Assembly: GCA_902564025.1 (NCBI GenBank)
Contig: CACEZK010000002.1
Coordinates: forward strand, 15,227-79,226
Length of the DNA stretch: 64,000 nucleotides
Reading direction: 5' to 3'
Origin: an uncultured Pelagibacteraceae bacterium
GTDB taxonomy: Bacteria > Pseudomonadota > Alphaproteobacteria > Pelagibacterales > AG-422-B15
Shown here: piece by piece, positions 55,632-64,000 of the stretch
How positions within the stretch are numbered: the stretch's first letter is position 1
How the letters are laid out: every line of letters begins with the position of its first letter
Made by a program: the position numbers and the translations under genes
The notes under the pieces: generated by a model
Databases searched by the model: none
What the model was told of the DNA's origin: nothing
Seen by the model: the letters and a program-made list of their open reading frames with translations, nothing else

Positions 55632-57065
55632 TTAAAGTTGTATACCAACGTTCTTCAGCTGCAAGTAGCTTTTAATTGCTTGTTGACCTTTCTCACGACT
55701 GTAACCTGATTGTTTATAACCTCCAAAAGGAGTTGCGATACTTCCTGTGAACCAACTATTTACGTAAACTTGACCACCATTTAAACGTGAAGCCGTTTTA
55801 GTCGCCATATCAACATCTTTAGTAAACACACCAGCCGCTAAGCCGTAATCTGTATCATTTGCAATATGGATTGCTTCTTCATGATCTTCATAATCTAAAA
55901 CAGATAAGAATGGTCCAAAGATTTCCTCCTGTGCTATTGTCATATCTGGCTTAACATCTGAATAAATCGTAGGTTCAAAGAAGAAACCTTTTCTATCTAC
56001 TCTATTTCCACCTGAGACTGCTTTTGCACCAGCTTGTAATCCTGAGCGTGCATAATTTTCTATTTTTTGTAATTGCTCTTCAGATATGACAGGCGTTAGA
56101 TCGACGCCTTCTTCATCACCAGGGCCTACTTTTATTGAAGCCGCTAATTTTGATAACTTCTCAAGTACTTCATCTTTAATGGATTTATGAACTATCATTC
56201 TCGACATCGCAGAACAAATTTGTCCAGCTTGGCTAAAAATTCCGACTTTAGTTGCATTAACAACTTTATCAATATCTGCATCCGGTAAAACAACAGCAGC
56301 AGATTTTCCTCCCAACTCAACAACAGCGGGCACAGCTCTTTCAGCAGCAGCATGTAAAATTGCTTTTCCAGTTTTTACAGATCCAGTAAAAGTTATTTGT
56401 GCAACGTCCTGATGAGCAGTAAGCGCAGCTCCAGCTTCACTTCCATAACCCGTGACTATATTTATTAAGCCTTTTGGAACTTCAGCATTATGAATTGCTT
56501 GAGCGAAAAAAGATGTTGTTGCTAAAGGTGTTAGCTCAGCAGGTTTTATTACAGTAGAATTTCCTGCAGCAAACGAACACGCCAAAGAACGAGCAATCAT
56601 TGAAATTGGAAAGTTCCATGGAACAATGTGACCAGATACTCCATATGGTTCATAGATCGTATAATCCATGACCTGACTGTTTACAGGAATAGTTTGGCCT
56701 TCTATTTTATCTGTTAAGCCACTGTAGTAATCAAAGTAGTTTGCCGCATCAACAAATTCATATTCAGAAGAGGCAAGCAGTTTCCCATTTTCAGCACAAA
56801 GTAATGCCCCACCTTCTTTACTGACCTTGCGAAGCTCTTCAGCAATGCGTCGCATAAGTTTTGCTCGTTCCATCGGATTCATATCCACAAGAATACGAGA
56901 CTCGTAAGCTTTTTTTGCGGACTCTACAGCTTTATTAATATCTTCATCTTTACCACAAGTTATCTCACCAATTATTTCCTCGTTTGCAGGATTTAAAACT
57001 GGTATGAGGTCTTTGCTTGAGGAATCGGTCCATTCACCGTTTATATAGTGCTGGTATTTTTTCAT
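55632..57065 (-). CDS. NAD(P)-dependent aldehyde dehydrogenase
   Basis: 477 aa. VVELGGKSA, catalytic GQICSA, EEIFGP and FGGYKQSG motifs. Confidence 0.93.
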   Translation of the reverse strand: MKKYQHYINGEWTDSSSKDLIPVLNPANEEIIGEITCGKDEDINKAVESAKKAYESRILVDMNPMERAKLMRRIAEELRKVSKEGGALLCAENGKLLASSEYEFVDAANYFDYYSGLTDKIEGQTIPVNSQVMDYTIYEPYGVSGHIVPWNFPISMIARSLACSFAAGNSTVIKPAELTPLATTSFFAQAIHNAEVPKGLINIVTGYGSEAGAALTAHQDVAQITFTGSVKTGKAILHAAAERAVPAVVELGGKSAAVVLPDADIDKVVNATKVGIFSQAGQICSAMSRMIVHKSIKDEVLEKLSKLAASIKVGPGDEEGVDLTPVISEEQLQKIENYARSGLQAGAKAVSGGNRVDRKGFFFEPTIYSDVKPDMTIAQEEIFGPFLSVLDYEDHEEAIHIANDTDYGLAAGVFTKDVDMATKTASRLNGGQVYVNSWFTGSIATPFGGYKQSGYSREKGQQAIKSYLQLKNVGIQL

Positions 57066-57175
57066 AAGTTAGAGTCTTTCTTGTTAAATACTGATCTATT
57101 TTCATAATAAGGTCAGCTTTAATTTAGTTTAAAAATTCCTAGATTCCCAACTATTTTTACCTTAGTCTTACCGAC

Positions 57176-58264
57176 ATGAATTCAAAAAAGTCTGATTTTG
57201 TTAAATTTGAACAGGTCGACAAAAGTTATGATGGAAAAGAGCTTGTAGTTAAAGGACTCGACTTAGATATTGCAGAAGGAGAGTTTCTTACCTTACTTGG
57301 TCCATCTGGATCTGGCAAAACAACAACTCTCATGATGCTTGCTGGCTTTGAAACTCCAACGAATGGAGAAATATATTTTGATGGACGTCCAATAAATAAT
57401 ATTCCTCCACACAAACGTGGAATTGGTATGGTTTTTCAAAATTATGCTTTGTTTCCGCATTTATCAGTTTATGAAAATTTAGCTTTTCCTCTCAAAGTAA
57501 GAAAAGTTGATAAATCAGAAATCGAAGAAAGAATTAATAAAACTTTGAAAATGGTTTCATTAACTGGTTTTGAAAACAGAATGCCTGCACAATTATCTGG
57601 TGGTCAGCAACAGAGAGTTGCTGTTGCTCGCGCGCTTGTATTTGATCCAAAACTAGTATTAATGGATGAGCCTCTTGGAGCTCTTGATAAGAATTTACGA
57701 GAGAGTATGCAGTATGAATTAAAGCATATTCACGAGTCATTAGGTGTGACTGTTGTTTATGTCACACACGATCAGGGTGAAGCATTGACCATGTCAAACC
57801 GAATTGCTGTTTTTAATGACGGTAAGGTTCAACAGCTTTCCGGGCCAAATGAATTATATGAAACGCCTGTGAATTCGTTTGTTGCAAGTTTTATTGGAGA
57901 AAATAATACTTTCACTGGAACTGTGAAGGAAATTGCATCTGGCTCAGCAAAGATTGAAACTGATTCTGGTGAAACAATTGTTGCTAATCCTATTGCCGTG
58001 AACTCTTCAGGAGAAAAATCCAGAATTTCTCTTAGACCCGAGCGAGTGAGTATTGACCCAAATGAACAACTTGAAAATAAATTCACAAGTGAGATCCGCG
58101 AAATTATCTATCATGGAGATCATACCAGAGTGCGAGTAAATCTTCTTGGTAATGATGACTTTATTTTAAAAGTTCCAAACGCGAGCAGTGATTTAAAGCT
58201 TAACGTCGGCGATAAATTAAACCTTGGCTGGTCATCTCATGACTGCAGAGCTCTAGATTACTAA
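57176..58264 (+). CDS. PotA-type polyamine/opine-class ABC transporter ATP-binding protein
   Basis: 362 aa. Walker A GPSGSGKTT, LSGGQQQRV, LLMDEP-like LVLMDEP, and a C-terminal TOBE-like regulatory domain. Confidence 0.9.
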   Translation: MNSKKSDFVKFEQVDKSYDGKELVVKGLDLDIAEGEFLTLLGPSGSGKTTTLMMLAGFETPTNGEIYFDGRPINNIPPHKRGIGMVFQNYALFPHLSVYENLAFPLKVRKVDKSEIEERINKTLKMVSLTGFENRMPAQLSGGQQQRVAVARALVFDPKLVLMDEPLGALDKNLRESMQYELKHIHESLGVTVVYVTHDQGEALTMSNRIAVFNDGKVQQLSGPNELYETPVNSFVASFIGENNTFTGTVKEIASGSAKIETDSGETIVANPIAVNSSGEKSRISLRPERVSIDPNEQLENKFTSEIREIIYHGDHTRVRVNLLGNDDFILKVPNASSDLKLNVGDKLNLGWSSHDCRALDY

Positions 58265-58385
58265 TTCTTTGATACTACATGTAGATTCAACATTAATTTG
58301 TTGAAAAATAATCTTTTTTTTTGTTGCGTTTTTGCTCAAGGCCTTGTGTAATATTTCTTTATATAAAAAAAGGAGACGATTAATC

Positions 58386-59507
58386 ATGTCTAGATTAACT
58401 AAACTAATCTCTTTGGCTGCTTTATTAGTGGCTCCATCTATGGCTACAGCCGCGGAAGTAAACGTGGTGTCATGGGGAGGCGCTTATACAGAAAGTCAAA
58501 AGCTAGGTTACGGGGACCCATATCAGGAAATGAGTGGCGTCCAAGTAAACTGGATCGACTACAGTGGAGGTTTGAGTGAAATTAAAGCTCAAGTCGAGTC
58601 TGGAGCGATTACTTGGGACATTATCGATGTGTATGCACGTGATACAATTATCGGATGTGACGAAGGATTGTTTGTAGAATTCGATTTCGATAACGACTTC
58701 CCTGCTGGTGTTAACGGTATGAAAGCAAGTGACGATTTCTTTGCTCCAATGCCTAGTGATTGTGCTGTGGGTAACATTCTTTATTCATGGAACTACGCTT
58801 ACAACACTGACAATGTAAATTTTGACGGAAGTTATCCAGATTCTATGGAAGACTTCTTTAACCCAGATAAATATCCAGGAGTAAGATCTATCTACTCTTC
58901 AGCTATGTCAAACTTAGAGTTTGCTCTAGTTGCTGATGGTGTTCCTGCATCTGATGTGTATGACTACATGGAAGACAATGGAATTGATAGAGCTCTTGAT
59001 AAGCTTACAGATCTTTGCACAAACCCTAACGGTGGATGCATTTTCTGGTCAGCTGGTGCACAACCACCTGAACAGTTAGTTTCTGGTGAAGCTATCATGG
59101 CTACTGGTTGGAATGGACGTCACTTCAATGCCATCGTGAACGAAGGTTCACCAATGAAAATGGTATGGGATGGTCAGATCCTTGACTATGAGTACTTCGT
59201 ACTTGTTAAAGGTGGACCAAACCAAGAAGAAGCTATGAAAGCTCTTCAGTACTTCACTAGTTCCGAAGGTTTAGCTGGAAGTGCTAAGCACATTGCTTAC
59301 GCTCCTTTCCGTATCTCATCTCTTGATGTGATCATGGCTGATGAGCCGTGGTTCTATTCTGAGCAAGCAGGTGCTGTTGAGATTATGCCTCACATGCCTA
59401 CTGCTCCAGCAAATACTGAGAACTACGTTCTTATGAACCCTGAGTGGTACGCTGATAACAACACTGAGATCAACGACGCTTGGGAAGCTTGGAAAGCTAA
59501 CCTATAA
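58386..59507 (+). CDS. Periplasmic solute-binding protein (family 1, PotD/PotF-like)
   Basis: Start chosen at MSRLTKLISLAALLVAPSMATA (signal peptide) with an AGGAG RBS at 58372-58376 upstream. The track ORF begins upstream at 58332. Confidence 0.85.
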   Translation: MSRLTKLISLAALLVAPSMATAAEVNVVSWGGAYTESQKLGYGDPYQEMSGVQVNWIDYSGGLSEIKAQVESGAITWDIIDVYARDTIIGCDEGLFVEFDFDNDFPAGVNGMKASDDFFAPMPSDCAVGNILYSWNYAYNTDNVNFDGSYPDSMEDFFNPDKYPGVRSIYSSAMSNLEFALVADGVPASDVYDYMEDNGIDRALDKLTDLCTNPNGGCIFWSAGAQPPEQLVSGEAIMATGWNGRHFNAIVNEGSPMKMVWDGQILDYEYFVLVKGGPNQEEAMKALQYFTSSEGLAGSAKHIAYAPFRISSLDVIMADEPWFYSEQAGAVEIMPHMPTAPANTENYVLMNPEWYADNNTEINDAWEAWKANL

Positions 59508-59515
59508 GGTTTAAA

Positions 59516-59541
59516 CTTGGGCAACCTATGGGTTGCCCAAG
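59516..59541 (+). other. Strong intercistronic stem-loop between the SBP and permease genes
   Basis: CTTGGGCAACC tatg GGTTGCCCAAG, an 11-bp perfect stem. No following T-run. Confidence 0.7.
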
Positions 59542-59568
59542 TACCTCAAATTAAGTATCCTTTTAAAT

Positions 59569-60816
59569 ATGACTGCCGAAATAAGAACCTCGGATGGAGA
59601 ACTTCTATCCGTCAAACTCAAAAAAGTTGAGAGAAGACGCAGAACTACTGCTTTTTTACTGGCCGCTCCACTCCTATTCTTCATTGTTTTTGCATACGTA
59701 ATTCCTATTTTTCAGATGTTGGGGCGAAGTATTGATAACGCTGAAATGAACTCGTTTCTTACAGAAACACACGAGGTTATGCAGACATGGGATGGCAGTG
59801 AAATGCCTGGCGAGGATGTAACCTCAACTTTTTATTATGAATTGAAGACTGCTGTAGAAAATAAATACCACGGTAAGATTGCAACTCGTTTAAACTATGA
59901 AAAAGGTGGCTTTACAAGTCTGATTAAAAAGACGTCACGTAAACTTAAAAACTTTGATGAAAATGCTAACTTTCTAGACCAATTCATTGATGTTCATAAA
60001 AAATGGGGTGACATTGAATATTGGCAAGCATTAAAGAGAGGAACTGACGCTTATCATTTTCGAAAATATTTAACGACATTTGATTATGAACAAAAGTTTG
60101 ATGGCTCAATTGAAAGGATTCCTGAAAAGCTTAGAATTAATGTAACCTTGTGGTTGCGAACAATATTTGTTGCCGTTGGAGTAACTTTCTGCTGCTTTAT
60201 TTTAGCTTACCCGATTTCACACTTACTTTCAGTCTTACCGACTCGTTATTCAAATCTATTGATGATTTGTGTTCTATTGCCTTTTTGGACGTCTCTGCTT
60301 GTTAGAACATCCAGTTGGATGGTTCTATTACAAAAACAAGGAGTGTTAAATGACACCTTAGTGTCGCTTGGATTTGTTGCAGATGAATCGAGACTTGAGC
60401 TCATGTATAATATGACAGGCACATTCATTGCAATGACACAAATCCTATTGCCATTCATGGTTTTGCCTCTTTATAGTGTAATGAAAACAATTTCACCAAG
60501 TTTAATGCGCGCTGCAACGTCAATGGGTGCAACACCTTTTCACGCTTTTAGAAAAATATATTTTCCTCTGACATACGCGGGAATTAGTGCAGGATCAATT
60601 TTAGTATTTGTTTTAGCGATTGGTTATTACATAACACCTGCATTGGTTGGTGGAGCAAAAGGAATTTTAATTAGTAATAGAATAGCATATCACATGCAGC
60701 AATCACTAGACTGGTCTCTTGCAACAGCGATGGCGACAGTTCTTTTAATAGCAGTGCTGGTGGTATACTGGCTGTACAATAAGATTGTTGGCATAGATAA
60801 CATGAGGCTTGGATAA
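59569..60816 (+). CDS. ABC transporter permease (PotB-like) with long N-terminal periplasmic insert
   Basis: ATG at 59569 (MTAEIR...) preferred over the TTG at 59533, which lies inside the hairpin. EAA-like loop MRAATSMGATPFHAFRKIYFPL. Confidence 0.82.
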   Translation: MTAEIRTSDGELLSVKLKKVERRRRTTAFLLAAPLLFFIVFAYVIPIFQMLGRSIDNAEMNSFLTETHEVMQTWDGSEMPGEDVTSTFYYELKTAVENKYHGKIATRLNYEKGGFTSLIKKTSRKLKNFDENANFLDQFIDVHKKWGDIEYWQALKRGTDAYHFRKYLTTFDYEQKFDGSIERIPEKLRINVTLWLRTIFVAVGVTFCCFILAYPISHLLSVLPTRYSNLLMICVLLPFWTSLLVRTSSWMVLLQKQGVLNDTLVSLGFVADESRLELMYNMTGTFIAMTQILLPFMVLPLYSVMKTISPSLMRAATSMGATPFHAFRKIYFPLTYAGISAGSILVFVLAIGYYITPALVGGAKGILISNRIAYHMQQSLDWSLATAMATVLLIAVLVVYWLYNKIVGIDNMRLG

Positions 60817-61679
60817 TGGCATTACCAAAATATACAGAAATGAGATACAGAGTTTGGCACTACTCTTATTTAGTAATTTGTACTGCAGTTTTCGTATTTT
60901 TGATTGCGCCTCTTTTTGTGATCATACCACTATCATTCAATGCTGAGCAGTATATCCACTTCTCTGACGGCATGCTTGCATTACAGCCTGAGGCATTTTC
61001 ACTTAGGTGGTATGAAGACATGATTTATGGAACTAAAAATCCATGGGGAATCGCAGCTCGAAACAGTGTTTATTACGCTTTTTTCTCAACTATTGGAGCA
61101 ACTGTACTTGGAACTGTTGCAGCATTGGGCCTAAGCAGTCGTTACATGCCTTACAAACAATTAATCATGAGTGTATTAATTTCGCCGATGATTATTCCAC
61201 TAATTATTTCTGGCTCAGCTATCTTTTTTTCACTTGCAAAATTAGGATTAGCTGCAACTTTTCCTGGAATCGTCATTGCACATATTATTTTAGGTACACC
61301 ATTTGTTGTAATAACAGTTACCGCAACCTTGAGTGGATTTGATGACAGTATTACGCGTGCAGCATCAAGTCTCGGCAGCACACCAACTAACACTTTTTTT
61401 AAAATTACATTACCTCTAATAACGCCCGGTATAATCTCTGGTGCTTTATTTGCATTTGTAACTTCTTTTGATGAAATCGTTGTAATTCTTTTCGTGGCTG
61501 GAGGAGATAGAAATCTTACAACTATACCACTTCAAATGTGGACTGGTTTAAGAGAACAGCTCAGCCCAACGATCATGGCTGTTGCTACATGCTTAATAGT
61601 GCTTTCAACATTAATCCTGATTGTGACTGAGTTGTTAAGGAGAAGATCTGAGAGGATAAGAGGAATTTCAGCTCAATAA
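60816..61679 (+). CDS. ABC transporter permease (PotC-like)
   Basis: 287 aa, 6 TM helices. EAA loop TRAASSLGSTPTNTFFKITLPL. ATG overlaps the upstream stop. Confidence 0.88.
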   Translation: MALPKYTEMRYRVWHYSYLVICTAVFVFLIAPLFVIIPLSFNAEQYIHFSDGMLALQPEAFSLRWYEDMIYGTKNPWGIAARNSVYYAFFSTIGATVLGTVAALGLSSRYMPYKQLIMSVLISPMIIPLIISGSAIFFSLAKLGLAATFPGIVIAHIILGTPFVVITVTATLSGFDDSITRAASSLGSTPTNTFFKITLPLITPGIISGALFAFVTSFDEIVVILFVAGGDRNLTTIPLQMWTGLREQLSPTIMAVATCLIVLSTLILIVTELLRRRSERIRGISAQ

Positions 61680-61704
61680 AAGTTACGACAAGTCGTTAAA
61701 TATA

Positions 61705-62343
61705 CTATAACTCAAGTCCATCTTTTTTTAATACTCTTAAAAGATCATTAAATCTGTCTTGCCCAAAGAAAAACTTGTCTTTATAGACTGTTAATGGGAC
61801 TCCATGATGACCTGCCTCTAATTGTTCCTTTTGGTTTAATTTTATTTCATCAATCAAACTTTGCTCAGCTTCTGTTCGTTTTTTTTCAATATCATTATGA
61901 TTTAAGCCTAATTTTGATGACGACTCAGAAATTGATACATCAGAATTCCAATTCTTCATGCCACTCCAAATCTTACTTGAAACTTCTACGGCAAAATCAA
62001 GTTGTCTATCTTTTTCTATTGCCTGACAGTAATGACATAATTTAAATATACGTGGCTGATCATCAGAAATTTTACCGGTTAGCATATTTTGTTTTATTGG
62101 ATCTGGATTTGGTGTTTTAAATACCATGCCTAGTTTTTTTGACTGTAAAAAATAATCAAATCGTTTTAGAAGAAAATATGTAAATAAGTTCTTACCTTTA
62201 AAGAATTCTGGTTCTCTTATTGCTAACGGATAGACTTGTTTAAAATTTATATCAACACCGTGCTTATCTCTTAACAAAACGATACGTGGTAAGATTAAAT
62301 AAGAGTATGGGCTTCTAAAAGAGAAATATAAATCTACTTTCAT
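61705..62343 (-). CDS. DsbA-fold 2-hydroxychromene-2-carboxylate isomerase-like protein
   Basis: 212 aa. N-terminal VDLYFSFRSPYSYL and C-terminal HGVPLTVY...FFGQDRF. Confidence 0.68.
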   Translation of the reverse strand: MKVDLYFSFRSPYSYLILPRIVLLRDKHGVDINFKQVYPLAIREPEFFKGKNLFTYFLLKRFDYFLQSKKLGMVFKTPNPDPIKQNMLTGKISDDQPRIFKLCHYCQAIEKDRQLDFAVEVSSKIWSGMKNWNSDVSISESSSKLGLNHNDIEKKRTEAEQSLIDEIKLNQKEQLEAGHHGVPLTVYKDKFFFGQDRFNDLLRVLKKDGLEL

Positions 62344-62345
62344 AT

Positions 62346-63386
62346 CTAAAATATTAACCTTTCACATCCAGTATCTTTAAGAAGATCATTCACTTTTATC
62401 TGATCATTATCTTCAAGCATTTTATATTCTTCGTTAAGCCACTTTAAACACTTTGCCTGGTAAGGAAATGATTTTTGTTTCCACAGACATCCATCAATCT
62501 CTGTTTGCCATTCTTTATCGCCATTTTCTATTGCTTTAGCGTTTGCTAGTTGTGCAGGCACATAACCCTTACCAATTTCTGCAAGTAATTCCTTTACCGT
62601 TGACGGTAAAGTATCAATTGATCCCCATTGTTCATCATCTACCTCAATACCAGATTGATCTTCAATTAAACCAACCCACGCGACTGTCCTAAGAGATACT
62701 TCATGACAAATTTCTCTTGGCGTGGGATCAAAGTTTACAAGTTGAGACAGTTGACCATACATTGCAAAATCACTTGATGAGGGTCTATTGCTTATCAAAT
62801 AAGGTGTTGATGTGAAATGTTTCTCAAGTATACCCAATAAACGTCTGAAACTTGCGTCTATGATAGGAGCTGTATCATTGTTGGAACCCACTACCCATAA
62901 CCTGTCTATCTGCCTTTTGCTTATCATTCCCTTTAAATTATCTAGCATTTCATTTGGCATCATTCCTACGGTTTGAAGAGGTAAAATTGTTCCTGCATTT
63001 TCAGCATCTTTTTGATCATGCCATCTATAATGAAACATATATTTCGTCCCCCACTCATCAGCAAAATCTTCAATTAAATAATTTATAAACGCAAGTGCAG
63101 GATCAGATGGAATAGTGCTTCGCCTACTAACCTCTTTATCAATCCTTCTTATTAACGGAGTCGAATCTGTTACAGCTTTTAAATTTCCATTTTCATCAGG
63201 TAGGATAAATGTTGGCAGTAATCCAGGCTTGGGCTTTTCAATACCCTCTTGATCAAGATATTTTGAAGGGTCTCCCCAAATCATTTTATGAGGAATGCGT
63301 TTATACCTAAGATATGAGAGCATCTTACGCGTATAGGGTGAGCCAACACCGCCGAGAACAACTAATGGATTTGGTAAGCTCATCAT
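62346..63386 (-). CDS. Glutathione S-transferase-like protein (long form)
   Basis: 346 aa. Thioredoxin-like N-domain (LGGVGSPYTRKMLSYLRYKRIPH) and a helical C-domain. Confidence 0.55.
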   Translation of the reverse strand: MMSLPNPLVVLGGVGSPYTRKMLSYLRYKRIPHKMIWGDPSKYLDQEGIEKPKPGLLPTFILPDENGNLKAVTDSTPLIRRIDKEVSRRSTIPSDPALAFINYLIEDFADEWGTKYMFHYRWHDQKDAENAGTILPLQTVGMMPNEMLDNLKGMISKRQIDRLWVVGSNNDTAPIIDASFRRLLGILEKHFTSTPYLISNRPSSSDFAMYGQLSQLVNFDPTPREICHEVSLRTVAWVGLIEDQSGIEVDDEQWGSIDTLPSTVKELLAEIGKGYVPAQLANAKAIENGDKEWQTEIDGCLWKQKSFPYQAKCLKWLNEEYKMLEDNDQIKVNDLLKDTGCERLIF

Positions 63387-63393
63387 TATCCTC

Positions 63394-64000
63394 CTACTTC
63401 TGAATTATTTTTGAACCAGTATCGGTTAGATCTTTTGACTGTTTCATATTTCTCATCAACTCCATAATATCAATTGGTACTGCAACACCTTTTTTGCAAG
63501 CCGGTCTATCTTCCATCATCTGCATCCATCTTTTTACACCTTCAAGACCGTCGATATTCACACCTGACCATTTATATGTTCTTACCCAACACCAATTTGC
63601 AATATCAGCTATACTAAAATCATCAGCAAGATACTCATTTTCTTTTAAGCGTGTCTCCATAACTTCAAACAAGCGTCTTCCTTCGTTTTGATAGCGGTCA
63701 ATTGCTGGTTGTATTTTTTCTCCAGGCCAATAACGAAAGAAAACATTGGCCTGCCCCATCATCGGACCAATTCCTCCCATTTGAAACATTAACCACTGAA
63801 TAACTTTTGAACGTGCAATTGACTCTGTAGGCAATAATTTGCCTGCTTTCTCAGCTAAATAAATTAGTTGTGCGCCGCTTTCCATTATTGAAAGGTTATC
63901 GTTTTCAGTATCAACTATGACAGGGATACGCCCGTTGGGATTCATTGCTAAAAATTCGGGCTTCTTTTGATCACCAGCTTGTAAATTCACAACATGAACA
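63394..64000 (-). CDS. Glutathione S-transferase (YghU/Nu-class-like), C-terminal part; 5' end beyond the right edge
   Basis: [17 protein letters not shown]...[15 protein letters not shown]... is the GST N-domain core. The frame is open to position 64000. Confidence 0.8.
   Translation of the reverse strand, partial: VHVVNLQAGDQKKPEFLAMNPNGRIPVIVDTENDNLSIMESGAQLIYLAEKAGKLLPTESIARSKVIQWLMFQMGGIGPMMGQANVFFRYWPGEKIQPAIDRYQNEGRRLFEVMETRLKENEYLADDFSIADIANWCWVRTYKWSGVNIDGLEGVKRWMQMMEDRPACKKGVAVPIDIMELMRNMKQSKDLTDTGSKIIQK

Overview
This window is visibly AT-rich and has alphaproteobacterial housekeeping synteny, resembling a streamlined marine SAR11/Pelagibacterales-type genome. That taxonomic placement is inferred from gene order and protein signatures only. 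The left third is core genome: ribF-ileS, a HAD hydrolase, an SDR, groES-groEL, hisS-hisZ-hisG, an MFS transporter, tRNA-His and tRNA-Phe, maf, infA, hisD, a DUF2948-like gene, murA, dcd, and a Rieske/M20/M24 catabolic operon. The region 20-33 kb is a zinc-homeostasis island: DUF3604 plus beta-carbonic anhydrase, znuA plus a DUF1826-like gene, znuCB-zur, a ZrgABCD-like second importer, and DUF1636-like/COG0523 GTPase/WD40/small Cys protein. It carries three near-identical TGTTAT-N3-ATAACA palindromes in exactly the three promoter gaps. The region 34.8-49.1 kb is the most unusual part. A tRNA-like cloverleaf abuts a locus encoding a 2362-aa DUF4347/VCBS-type repeat protein. Three membrane-fusion (HlyD-like) proteins are co-transcribed with it, one fused to an M50 metalloprotease and a PqqD-like domain, and one to a GAF-like domain. 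A divergent TolC-like lipoprotein is fused to a cadherin-like module, an acidic coiled coil and a SPOR-like domain. No ABC ATPase belongs to this operon. The right end encodes a probable amine/peptide catabolic cluster: GS-like enzyme, cupin, M19 dipeptidase, two unknowns, ALDH and a PotABCD-like transporter, followed by GST/DsbA-like genes. I saw no CRISPR array, transposase, integrase or phage genes. All domain names come from motif reading by eye, not from searches.
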